Virus record (IMG/VR): IMGVR_UViG_3300044701_003160 | Location: 62,001-126,000 of that record | Strand: one strand, 5' to 3' | Length of the DNA stretch: 64,000 bases | Shown: positions 55,625 through 64,000 of the stretch, piece by piece | How positions within the stretch are numbered: the stretch's first letter is position 1 | Layout: each line of letters starts with the position of its first letter | Notes under the pieces: generated by a model | Database searches by the model: none | What the model was told of the DNA's origin: nothing | What the model saw: only the letters and a program-made list of their open reading frames with translations | Made by a program: the position numbers and the translations under genes

Positions 55625-55813
55625 TCAACCCTTTGCTTCCTTACGTGCTGCCTTTTCTTCGGTAATCTCGGTTCTACGTGCCTTGACTAGTTTGGCGACC
55701 TCTTGAAGTGCCTTACGGGCCCGAGTACCTGCAGCATTGTTACCAGCAATAAATTTTTCGTCTTCTACTTTCCACGCTTCAACAGCACTCAGTAGTTCTT
55801 GTGATACAGACAT
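55625..55813 (-). CDS. Hc1-family histone-like protein
   Basis: EKF..GN.AAGTRARKAL.E..KL.K..R resembles Hc1-like DNA-binding proteins. Confidence 0.7.
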   Translation of the reverse strand: MSVSQELLSAVEAWKVEDEKFIAGNNAAGTRARKALQEVAKLVKARRTEITEEKAARKEAKG

Positions 55814-55856
55814 AATAATCTCCAAAATAAAATAGGATATGTTTATATATGCAAAC

Positions 55857-56336
55857 TTACTCTAAGGGCGTTTCACGAGGGTCTGGAGCAACCCAAGCAC
55901 CACGAATACCCATAGTACCGTCAGGAAACTCATAATAAATTGCATTCTCTACAATCAACTTCTGGAGTTTATCATATTTGTCTTTATTGATTTCTTCTAG
56001 AATGTTCTTGTTTTTCATATTGATAACTCTGTTTTTTTCTTCTTGAAGTTCATAATTTCTTATTGCACTATCAACTTCTGTTTGTATCTTTTGTTTGAGT
56101 AGTTCTGAATCATTATTAATTTGTTCGTTTAATTCATTATCAATATCGTCAATGATACTATCGGGCAAATCCCATTTGATAAGTTTTCTCAACTCATTAT
56201 AATACTTTAAAACATCTTGTTTTGTTATTCCACACTTAGTAGTCAAAAACGCAAGTGAGGATGCTATCAAAATAGCAATCAAAGAACGCTTTGGAGTTAG
56301 TCTTACTTTAAATGAGAACTCAGGAATTCCTTTCAT
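55857..56336 (-). CDS. Hypothetical protein with N-terminal membrane anchor
   Basis: LIAILIASSLAFL then acidic coiled coil. Confidence 0.65.
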   Translation of the reverse strand: MKGIPEFSFKVRLTPKRSLIAILIASSLAFLTTKCGITKQDVLKYYNELRKLIKWDLPDSIIDDIDNELNEQINNDSELLKQKIQTEVDSAIRNYELQEEKNRVINMKNKNILEEINKDKYDKLQKLIVENAIYYEFPDGTMGIRGAWVAPDPRETPLE

Positions 56337-56613
56337 AATCCTTAATTGATTTGTCTAAAACTCTTTCTATTCGATATCTTATGAGTTCATCATCTTGAAT
56401 AATATAATCATTTAATACGTCTATTCCAAGTTTTAGTTGAATGATGTCTACTAAATTAAAAACTTGTTTCTTTTTAACTCCAGGAACCATAGAAATCAAA
56501 TCTATAGAACCTTTAAGTAAAAGGCCCAACTTTACATAGTGAAAAATATCATATCGTTTTCTTCCATATTGAAACTCATACTTGTCCTTCCCAGAAGTCA
56601 TCGATAGCATCAT
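56320..56613 (-). CDS. Hypothetical protein
   Basis: 97-aa ORF, overlapping neighbours. Confidence 0.55.
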   Translation of the reverse strand: MMLSMTSGKDKYEFQYGRKRYDIFHYVKLGLLLKGSIDLISMVPGVKKKQVFNLVDIIQLKLGIDVLNDYIIQDDELIRYRIERVLDKSIKDYERNS

Positions 56614-56896
56614 CCAACATCTTATTAGTATCTATATTCTTTTTCGGTTCTCGTAGTTTCTTTGTATCAAAAGTCAAAGTTGGAGTTACAGACCCATCAT
56701 TCTCTACTTTCACCTTTGCCCCAAATGGAGTTCCTTTTGGTTGTATCTCTACAGAATTATGAGAGTTTAATTTAATATCGCCAATATCAGTCTTTACTTT
56801 TAAATATCCTGCCTTTGCGGCAATATCAACAATATCTTCTGGTTCTTCTGGAAGATTATCTATGGACATAAAAAAGGGGAGTATAGAACTCCCCAA
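56576..56896 (-). CDS. Hypothetical protein (start uncertain)
   Basis: Likely start MSIDNLPEE just after a terminator hairpin. Confidence 0.55.
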   Translation of the reverse strand: MGSSILPFFMSIDNLPEEPEDIVDIAAKAGYLKVKTDIGDIKLNSHNSVEIQPKGTPFGAKVKVENDGSVTPTLTFDTKKLREPKKNIDTNKMLDDAIDDFWEGQV

Positions 56897-56919
56897 TATT
56901 TATTTAATTGTATGTATTC

Positions 56920-57561
56920 TCAAACTTCAGTAAGAACCATTTTATTTGCATAACCATAAGCAAAGTCAGTTCTTGCTCCGTGATGACCCCAACGAATCCA
57001 CTTTCTAGCAAGTCGCATATAATCAGTAATAGACTTACCAGGTGTTTTCATCTGGGTTTCAATCATCTTCCAATCACCTTCGTGCAGCATATAGTCAAGT
57101 TGTGCATCCAGTGAGGAAGGATTAGCACCAATACGAGCAGCATGTCTTCCTAGTCCATAAAAACGAGGAGCATTAGTCCATTGGATAAGACCATACCCCC
57201 CACCACAGTTAGGATAGGAAGTTCTAGCACCACCTTCACAGATATTGGGAGTGAAGGTAGATTCTTGTCGGATATTGCCCATAATGGTTGCTAGGGCGTT
57301 TTTGTCAGTGATTCCTCGTTTCTGTAAGAATTCCAGAGTACGGGACTCATTAGTATTACATCCTTTACAAACTAATCGTTTTACTTTAGGTTTCTCGGGA
57401 ACAACCTCTTTGGTCTCTGTCTCTTGAGTAGGACCTTCAGGAACAATTGCAAATGGTTGTTGTACTGAAGATGTTGCCATACTCGGTGTTGGCAGTGTTG
57501 CCGCTGATGTTGCAACCGCACCTAAAAGAGCTACGGTTACATTTGTTAGGTTTTTAAGCAT
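56920..57561 (-). CDS. Exported phage-tail-lysozyme-family cell-wall hydrolase
   Basis: Signal peptide, Pro/Thr linker, ALATIMGNIRQES...GYGLIQWT...LDAQLDY. Confidence 0.8.
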   Translation of the reverse strand: MLKNLTNVTVALLGAVATSAATLPTPSMATSSVQQPFAIVPEGPTQETETKEVVPEKPKVKRLVCKGCNTNESRTLEFLQKRGITDKNALATIMGNIRQESTFTPNICEGGARTSYPNCGGGYGLIQWTNAPRFYGLGRHAARIGANPSSLDAQLDYMLHEGDWKMIETQMKTPGKSITDYMRLARKWIRWGHHGARTDFAYGYANKMVLTEV

Positions 57562-57692
57562 TTAGTTAAATTGAATTCGGCATCCGTATAGAAAGGGGGT
57601 CCACCCTCTTCTCAAAGGGCACTTTCCACGGCTCTAGGTGTCACGATCAAAATCTCATAACAAAAAACCCTGCTCATAACAGGGATTTTTAC

Positions 57693-57721
57693 ATTATAAG
57701 TTATTATTTAGAATTTGTCAA
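57693..57721 (-). promoter_or_regulatory. Sigma70 promoter upstream of lysozyme leader
   Basis: TTGACA(57716-57721)-N17-TATAAT(57693-57698). Confidence 0.8.
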
Positions 57722-57730
57722 GGAATCGGG

Positions 57731-57949
57731 TTACCGAATATCCAGTTCTTCCTCATCAGTCCATCCTTGTTCTTCTAAACAAAGATAATCAAGTTCTTCG
57801 GTTCCATCAGGAATATTAATCCACTCATCAAACTCTGCAGCAAGGGCTTTGGCATTTTTGTGACGATCTGCATCGTGAAGTAATTGAATTTTTTCAATTG
57901 CCCAATCTCTAACTTGTGCTACGGGTTCACTTTCAATCTGAGTTTCCAT
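57731..57949 (-). CDS. Hypothetical acidic protein
   Basis: Likely start METQIESEP; overlaps upstream stop. Confidence 0.6.
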   Translation of the reverse strand: METQIESEPVAQVRDWAIEKIQLLHDADRHKNAKALAAEFDEWINIPDGTEELDYLCLEEQGWTDEEELDIR

Positions 57950-58370
57950 AGTAATCTTTTCTGAAGTATCTGGAGAGGACGTTTGAATTATAGAAGGCTG
58001 GGACTCCGTTGTCAAGAGATTCTGTGAGGACATTATTGAGGAAGAGTTGTCTTGTCTCCTCATAGTTTGTTTTGCCCTTTGTTTTATGTAATGATATGAT
58101 AGTTCGACTAAAATTTTCTCTGCCAATTTTGTCAATGTCTTCTTTAAGTTCCGGACAAGACCCATAATAGTTTTTCCAATCAGATTCAGATTTTACTTTT
58201 CTTTTTTTCCCTTTAGGAGTTCTAAACTGCCAAAAATACTTCCTACCAACATATCTCCTACCATTAAGATTATTCTTGATAAGATAAACAAAACCAAAAT
58301 AATCTTGAATATCACCAGACTCAAAAGGTTTATCATTATAATACCACGGATTAGTATAACTGCAACTCAT
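57933..58370 (-). CDS. GIY-YIG-like (Seg-type) protein
   Basis: FGFVYLIKN..NGRRYVGRK...ESDWKNYYGS...E. Confidence 0.7.
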   Translation of the reverse strand: MSCSYTNPWYYNDKPFESGDIQDYFGFVYLIKNNLNGRRYVGRKYFWQFRTPKGKKRKVKSESDWKNYYGSCPELKEDIDKIGRENFSRTIISLHKTKGKTNYEETRQLFLNNVLTESLDNGVPAFYNSNVLSRYFRKDYYGNSD

Positions 58371-58406
58371 TCATATAACCCATTACCCTTTGAGGGTATT
58401 TATAAG

Positions 58407-58556
58407 TTATTCTTTTGTTCCCAACCATTCCTTACAGTAGTCATAATCACCAAACATAAATTCATCACATTCTGCAGCATCTTTGTATGCATTTAGAATT
58501 GCTTGTTCGCACCATTCATCATAATTGGAATCCTGCGAAAGTATTTTTGGTAACAT
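58407..58556 (-). CDS. Small acidic protein (49 aa)
   Basis: MLPKILSQDSNYDEWCEQAILNAYK...; overlaps nrdB 3' end. Confidence 0.5.
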   Translation of the reverse strand: MLPKILSQDSNYDEWCEQAILNAYKDAAECDEFMFGDYDYCKEWLGTKE

Positions 58557-59697
58557 CTTGTTTAATGCCTCCAACTACATAACTCTCAACTTCCGTTTCT
58601 TGTGGGGCTACCTGAAGTCCTTTAGAAGAAATCCAGTGCTGAGTCCAGGGAAGTGGATTATTGTTTGCCGAAATATCATACTGAGGTTTAAGACCAATTG
58701 CTTTTAGTCTGCGATTTGCAATCCATTCAACATACTGCTGAAGAAGTTTATCATTAAGTCCAATCATACTACCATCTTTGAACAGGTAATCTGCCCAACG
58801 CTTTTCTTCATTTACAGCACGATCAAACATTTTATATGTCCACTCTTCTTCTTCCTTCATAATTTTTTGCATTTCAGGATCATCACCATCCCTCCACTTA
58901 TTCAGAATGTTCTGAGTAAGTGCTAAGTGTTGATTTTCGTCTCTTGCGATGAGACTAATGATTTTAGCTGATCCTTCCATAAGCTTAAGTTCACCAAAGG
59001 CGAAACTGCAAGCAAAACTAACGTAGAAGCGAATACCTTCAAGAATATTAACGTTTGCGATTGCTCTGTAGAGTTTTCGTTTGACATCGTTGAGATTTTC
59101 CTTTGCGTTTGTGACTCCTTCAAGTCTGTACATCCAATCATTAGAAGTACCATAATTTTGTGCTGAATTAATGAAGTCATCATAAGACTCTGTAACGCTC
59201 TTAGCACGTTCCAGAATACGCTCATCGTGAATGATAGTATCAAACACCTCAGAAGGATCTGAGTAAATGTTTTTAATGATATAGGTATAAGAACGGGAAT
59301 GAATCATCTCCATAAATCCCCATACTTCCATACACGCTTCCAGTTCTGGAAGAGAGCAATAAGGAATAAATGCCATTCCAGGGCCGCGACCCTGAATGGA
59401 ATCTAGCATAATTTGGTATTTTAAATTAGAAGTATAAATGTGCTTTTGTTCGGGACGAAGAGTTTGATAATCTCCACGATCTTTTTGAAGAGACACTTCT
59501 TCAGGTCTCCAAAAATAACCTAATTGTTGAGTTGTGAGTTTATCAAAAACTGGGTATTTGTACGAATCATATCTTTGAATTCCAAGAGGTTTTCCAAAAA
59601 ACATTGGTTGTTTTTTAGTATCAACTTTTTCTGTATTAAATACTGTCATTCCTTTGATTTGTGTTTGATCTTCGGTTGAAGAAACCTTAAACTGCAT
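58519..59697 (-). CDS. nrdB: Ribonucleotide reductase class Ia beta subunit
   Basis: FWRPEEV; EMIHSRSY; LEGIRFYVSF; IARDENQH; APQETE..SY. Confidence 0.97.
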   Translation of the reverse strand: MQFKVSSTEDQTQIKGMTVFNTEKVDTKKQPMFFGKPLGIQRYDSYKYPVFDKLTTQQLGYFWRPEEVSLQKDRGDYQTLRPEQKHIYTSNLKYQIMLDSIQGRGPGMAFIPYCSLPELEACMEVWGFMEMIHSRSYTYIIKNIYSDPSEVFDTIIHDERILERAKSVTESYDDFINSAQNYGTSNDWMYRLEGVTNAKENLNDVKRKLYRAIANVNILEGIRFYVSFACSFAFGELKLMEGSAKIISLIARDENQHLALTQNILNKWRDGDDPEMQKIMKEEEEWTYKMFDRAVNEEKRWADYLFKDGSMIGLNDKLLQQYVEWIANRRLKAIGLKPQYDISANNNPLPWTQHWISSKGLQVAPQETEVESYVVGGIKQDVTKNTFAGFQL

Positions 59698-59747
59698 ACT
59701 CGCCTCTCTTCACTAGATTATTTAACATTAAAATTATTTGGGATTTC

Positions 59748-62048
59748 TCAGATGGAACAACTGTCACAAGAACCTTCATCAGCACCAGAAAGTTCGCCAA
59801 GAAGCGATTGAAGATCTTGTTTTGGTTCTTCTACTACCTCATCAGTTTTAATATCATAAGTGTTTTGGTAGTAGGAAGTTTTCCAACCATACTTATATGT
59901 GGTAAGAAAATCTTGCGCCATTACGCTAACAGGAACTTCATTATCGGCATAATTCTCTGGGTTATACGACCAGTTTCCAGAAATCGCTTGATCGAAGAAT
60001 TTTTGCATAACAGCAACAATATTGATATAACCACGATTGCTAGGCATATCCCAAAGCAACGTATAGTTGTTCTTAAGAGTATGATACTGGGGTACAATTT
60101 GCTTAAGAGGACCTTTCTTCGACTTTTTAATGGACAAGTACCCACGAGGAGGTTCGATTCCATTGGTTGCATTTGACACAACGGAACTGCTCTCCGAAGG
60201 CATCTGTGCGGACAGTGTTGAGTGCCTGAGACCGTGAGCCAAGATGGATGTTCTAAGTGATTCCCAATCATGCTGTAATTGTACCGAAGAGATTTCGTCT
60301 ACGTCTTTTTTATATGTGTCAATAGGAAGAATGCCATCAGCATACTTGGTGCGACCAAAGTATTCACAATGTCCCTTTTCCTTTGCAAGTTGATTAGATG
60401 CTTTCAAAAGATAATACTGAAATGCTTCAGAAAGTCCATGAACTGCATCCCACGCATCTTGAGAATCATAATTGAATCCAAGTTTGGCAAGGTAATGAGC
60501 AAGACCAATAAATCCCACTCCAAGGGATCTACGTGCCTTTGTAGCGACCTCTGCTGCAAGCACAGGATACTTCTGATAGTCAATCAGTTCTTCAAGGCCA
60601 CGAACTGAAAGATCGCAAAGTTCTTCAAGTTCTTCATCAGATTTTACTTTACCAACATTAATTGCAGAGAGAATACACAGAGCAATCTCACCAGTCGTAT
60701 CATCAATATGTTGAAGTGGATAAGTTGGAAGAGTAATTTCTTGGCAAAGATTACTCATTTCAACCTTATCCTTAAACGAACTATGAGAATTGCAGTGGTC
60801 AATATTCATGATATAGATACGACCCGTTTCAGCACGTTCTTTGAGGAGATTAAGAATAAGTTCTTGCGCCTTGATAGTTTTCTTCGAAATGGACGAATTG
60901 TTCTCATATTCAACGTATAGATCGTCAAACTTGTCTGTTCCGAAAGAATCATAAAGTCCAGGTACATCGTGCGGAGAGAACAGAGTGATCTCGCCGTCCT
61001 GAATAAATCTTTCGTAGAAGAGTTTACTGATTTGAATGCTATAGTCAAGTTTTCTAACACGATTGTCTTCCGTTCCTTTATTATTTTTGAGTACAAGAAT
61101 GTCCTCTATTTCTTGGTGCCAGATAGGAAAGTGAACTGTAGCAGAACCACCTCTGATGCCGTTCTGAGTGCAGCATCGGACAGTTGCCTCAAACTTCTTA
61201 AGGAAGGGGACAACGCCTGTGTGTTGTACCTCTCCACCTCTGATTTTAGAGTTGATACCACGAATTCTGCCTGCATTGATGCCGATTCCAGCCCTCTGTG
61301 CAACATACCTGCCAATAGCCATATCACTGCTAAAGATACTATCGAGGGTGTCATCAACATCAACGAGAACACAAGATGCAAATTGACGAAGTGGGGTTCT
61401 AACACCTGCCATGATGGGTGTTGGAATGTTGATTTTGTGCTTGCTGATTGCGTCATAGTACCTCTTAACATATGACATACGGGTTTCCTTTGGATACTCT
61501 GCAAAGATAGTCAGAGCAATCATCATATACATGAACTGGGGAGTTTCATATACTCCACCACCACTCCTATCCTGAACCAGATATTTATCAACTACTTGAC
61601 GAAGACCTGCGTAAGTGAAGAGATAGTCACGATCATGATCTATAAAACTATTTGCTTTGTCAATTTCTTCCTTTGAATACTTATTGAAAATATCATTATC
61701 ATAAACTTCTTGATTTACACACACATAAATGTGTTGCTCAAGATGTGGAAGTTCCTTCATTTTTCCATAAAGTTGCTTACGAACTGCAAAAAGAAGCAGC
61801 CTGGCAGCAACAAATTGATAATTAGGGTGCTCCAAATCAATTAGGTCACTTGCACTACGGATTAGAATTTCTTGAATCTCTTGTGTAGAAATTCCATTAT
61901 AAAACTGAATACCAGAGGTCATCTCAACTTGACTTGCAGAGACGCCTGCAAGACCCCTACACGCCTCTTCAACCATTACGTGCATCTTATCAAGGTCAAG
62001 AGACTCAATTGATCCATTTCTCTTGACTACTTTGGTTCCGTTACTCAT
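59748..62048 (-). CDS. nrdA: Ribonucleotide reductase class Ia alpha subunit
   Basis: ATP cone; PTPIMAG; SCVL; SNLCQEI; QMPSESSS; C-terminal CDSC; no intein visible. Confidence 0.97.
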   Translation of the reverse strand: MSNGTKVVKRNGSIESLDLDKMHVMVEEACRGLAGVSASQVEMTSGIQFYNGISTQEIQEILIRSASDLIDLEHPNYQFVAARLLLFAVRKQLYGKMKELPHLEQHIYVCVNQEVYDNDIFNKYSKEEIDKANSFIDHDRDYLFTYAGLRQVVDKYLVQDRSGGGVYETPQFMYMMIALTIFAEYPKETRMSYVKRYYDAISKHKINIPTPIMAGVRTPLRQFASCVLVDVDDTLDSIFSSDMAIGRYVAQRAGIGINAGRIRGINSKIRGGEVQHTGVVPFLKKFEATVRCCTQNGIRGGSATVHFPIWHQEIEDILVLKNNKGTEDNRVRKLDYSIQISKLFYERFIQDGEITLFSPHDVPGLYDSFGTDKFDDLYVEYENNSSISKKTIKAQELILNLLKERAETGRIYIMNIDHCNSHSSFKDKVEMSNLCQEITLPTYPLQHIDDTTGEIALCILSAINVGKVKSDEELEELCDLSVRGLEELIDYQKYPVLAAEVATKARRSLGVGFIGLAHYLAKLGFNYDSQDAWDAVHGLSEAFQYYLLKASNQLAKEKGHCEYFGRTKYADGILPIDTYKKDVDEISSVQLQHDWESLRTSILAHGLRHSTLSAQMPSESSSVVSNATNGIEPPRGYLSIKKSKKGPLKQIVPQYHTLKNNYTLLWDMPSNRGYINIVAVMQKFFDQAISGNWSYNPENYADNEVPVSVMAQDFLTTYKYGWKTSYYQNTYDIKTDEVVEEPKQDLQSLLGELSGADEGSCDSCSI

Positions 62049-63019
62049 ATTTTTTTCCAGGTGGTAAATTTAAGTTTTGCTTCTAATCCAGAATAAGTAT
62101 TTAATTCTATCACAGACTGAACGTCTAGTCCAGATAATATCATCTCATTAATATCCTTTTCTTTTATTGCTGAAGGCCAGATAACGACCTTTTCTCCCCT
62201 ATCAATAACTCTGGAGATTCTTGAGTGGATTTCTGCATTACGTGGTTCGTTATCGTATATCCAAACAGGATCGCTAATGCCCCACTTAGCAACATCACCA
62301 TCTGCACCACATAAAGCAATTGAATTGGAGATAAATGTAGAGTCAAAGGGACCTTCTGTGATGTACACAGTTTGACCTTTTTTGACTTCATCAAGACCAT
62401 AGATTTTTGGGGCATCGTCATCAAGCATCACAGTAATATATTTAATCTTGTTTGGACCAAGTGCTCTTCCTTGAAATCCGACTAGAGTATTTTGATAGAA
62501 CAAAGGAATAATAATCCTTGGTTCATCTCTTTCCGTACTGTCGAATGTTTTTTTGAGAGAGTTGGTCCACTCCTTAAATTTATTGGCGTAATAGAATTTA
62601 TAAGGATTTAAATTTCTATTTTCCAAATATTCTTTTGCATCAAGATTTTCTGATGCTTTTGGTAAATTTAATTTTGGTTTAAATTTTGGAGATTCAAATT
62701 TAAATACTGGTTCCCCTACAGCAAAATTCCTTCCAGTATTTCCTTCTTTAAATTTCTCAAAAGTATATTGTTTATGAATCGTAGTATCTATTTGCTTGAG
62801 AAAATTATTGAAGGATATATTAATTCCACAATTATGGCACTTAAAATTTGTATTGTTTTTGACTTGATACAAATATCCCCTTGCCTTATTTTTATTACTT
62901 TGAGAGTCGCCACAAATTGGACAGCGAAAATTATAAAGATTATTCTTTACCTTCTTAAACTTCTTAAAGCGAGAAGATATCAAATTGATGTACTTTACAT
63001 CAACAAAGTCCATAAACAA
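62045..63019 (-). CDS. DNA primase gp61
   Basis: FRCPICGDS...CHNC Zn finger; GFQGRAL; YITEGPFD; DNEPRN.EI. Confidence 0.95.
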   Translation of the reverse strand: MFMDFVDVKYINLISSRFKKFKKVKNNLYNFRCPICGDSQSNKNKARGYLYQVKNNTNFKCHNCGINISFNNFLKQIDTTIHKQYTFEKFKEGNTGRNFAVGEPVFKFESPKFKPKLNLPKASENLDAKEYLENRNLNPYKFYYANKFKEWTNSLKKTFDSTERDEPRIIIPLFYQNTLVGFQGRALGPNKIKYITVMLDDDAPKIYGLDEVKKGQTVYITEGPFDSTFISNSIALCGADGDVAKWGISDPVWIYDNEPRNAEIHSRISRVIDRGEKVVIWPSAIKEKDINEMILSGLDVQSVIELNTYSGLEAKLKFTTWKKI

Positions 63020-63048
63020 ACATTAATCTGTTGATCTATTCTACCAGA

Positions 63049-63162
63049 CTACCGCGTTTTGTCAAGACAGAGGGACGTTATTATTCCAGTCCACTTGATG
63101 ACAGAATTTGTTGTTTTTTGTAGTGAGTAAAGCGTAATCTTTTTTTGAGTTTTCATTGGCAT
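63049..63162 (-). CDS. Small hypothetical peptide (37 aa) carrying the primase promoter
   Basis: MPMKTQKKITLYSLQKTTNSVIKWTG...; internal TTGACA-N16-TAGAAT. Confidence 0.4.
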   Translation of the reverse strand: MPMKTQKKITLYSLQKTTNSVIKWTGIITSLCLDKTR

Positions 63163-63178
63163 AAAAGCCAACACTCAA

Positions 63179-63592
63179 TTATTTAGTTTTTTCTACTTGT
63201 ACTTCTGATACGTCCGGAGTTAAGAAATCAACAACAATATGAGATTGTGAAAATGCAAAACTACATACTGCAAAAATACCAACTACAATCCAACGAAATT
63301 TAACAAATTCTTCTAATTTATTCTCTATTTTTTCTATTCTTTCTGATACTACTTCGTGCTGATCTTTATTCTCAAGTCTCAGTTCTTCAATTACCCTACT
63401 AATATAATCGTCAGATTTATGACACTGTTCAATTCTTTCTTCGTGAACTGCAAGCATTTTACTAATATTCTGATTTGTTTTCCCCATTAACTGTATTGCT
63501 TCGTCAATCTTCCTCATCATAATTTCATATGCAGAAAGTCTTTCTTCCAACACAGCAATTTTAGTATCTGCGGATGCATTTGGATTAAACAT
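63179..63592 (-). CDS. Coiled-coil protein with C-terminal membrane helix
   Basis: KIAVLEERL...LAVHEERI...FRWIVVGIFAVCSFA. Confidence 0.65.
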   Translation of the reverse strand: MFNPNASADTKIAVLEERLSAYEIMMRKIDEAIQLMGKTNQNISKMLAVHEERIEQCHKSDDYISRVIEELRLENKDQHEVVSERIEKIENKLEEFVKFRWIVVGIFAVCSFAFSQSHIVVDFLTPDVSEVQVEKTK

Positions 63593-63660
63593 TTTGGTTA
63601 TAGTTATTGATTTTTTACTACTATTAAACTAATCAATAACCCAAGTAGTATTGGAATTAT

Positions 63661-63888
63661 TTATTTATCTATTGATTTCACCCATTTCCTATAAGGGGGT
63701 GAAAGTCTTCTAAAATCTACCGTTCCATCCTTCTTCTTCTTTCCCAACAAAGGATCAAACCCTGCGGTAGGCCCTTTAGGGTCAGAGGCACCAGTAAATC
63801 CACCAGTACCTACAACCATTCCCTCTTCTTTCAGATTTCTATAATTACGAAATGCCTCAATAATTTTATCAATCTTCTTCTTTTCCAT
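63661..63888 (-). CDS. Hypothetical protein
   Basis: 75-aa ORF with EEGM..GTGGF...AGFDPLLG. Confidence 0.6.
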   Translation of the reverse strand: MEKKKIDKIIEAFRNYRNLKEEGMVVGTGGFTGASDPKGPTAGFDPLLGKKKKDGTVDFRRLSPPYRKWVKSIDK

Positions 63889-64000
63889 TGTAGATTTTGT
63901 ATAGTTCTTCTAGACAATAAAGATCAACTTGTATATTGTGAATACCAGATTTTGGATACTCAGGAAGTCTGTTGAGAAAAATAACAAAACTTTTCATAGA
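63869..64000 (-). CDS. Partial hypothetical protein at window edge
   Basis: Open frame ...KSFVIFLNRLPEYP...LYKIYNGKEED*. Confidence 0.5.
   Translation of the reverse strand, partial: SMKSFVIFLNRLPEYPKSGIHNIQVDLYCLEELYKIYNGKEED

Noticed and set aside
58519-62048. Inteins or introns in nrdA/nrdB
   Set aside because: Both ORFs are continuous and of ordinary length with no splicing motifs.
63603-63650. Inverted repeat GTTATTGATT/AATCAATAAC upstream of ORF 63179
   Set aside because: A single AT-rich instance with no corroborating copy; may be a translational hairpin but support is insufficient.

Overview
A 64-kb segment of a T4-like cyanomyovirus genome, almost all on the minus strand; the host is probably a picocyanobacterium (inferred from psbA, psbD, hli, CP12, pstS and a Som-type porin). 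From the left it contains: a baseplate/tail module (gp5 apparently split into two ORFs, a hub-like gene, two paralogous tape-measure-like proteins with muralytic domains, gp51, gp26, gp54, gp4, gp2-like, gp48, gp53); replication/transcription genes (gp32, gp59, gp33, exonuclease, phoH, thyX); an accessory region with a tandem glutamine-riboswitch-like leader, speD and a Pro/Asp/Glu repeat protein; a photosynthesis island (psbA interrupted by two ORF-less group I introns, psbD, and a free-standing endonuclease gene downstream of each); a lysis pair; peroxiredoxin, hli, pstS and porin genes; a ~13-kb glycosyltransferase/nucleotide-sugar cluster; a tRNA array (10 tRNAs plus one tRNA-like element) interleaved with HNH endonucleases and dps; and nrdB, nrdA and primase. 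The most notable items are mostly non-coding: twin psbA introns sharing a 54-nt identical core but with different guide sequences, a recurring terminator whose loop holds a sigma70 -35 box, late-promoter-in-hairpin leaders on four endonuclease genes, a motif shared upstream of psbA/psbD/hli/porin, a porin-pstS pair with a Pho-box-like array, and several structured RNA candidates. All calls come from reading motifs by eye; no database searches were run.
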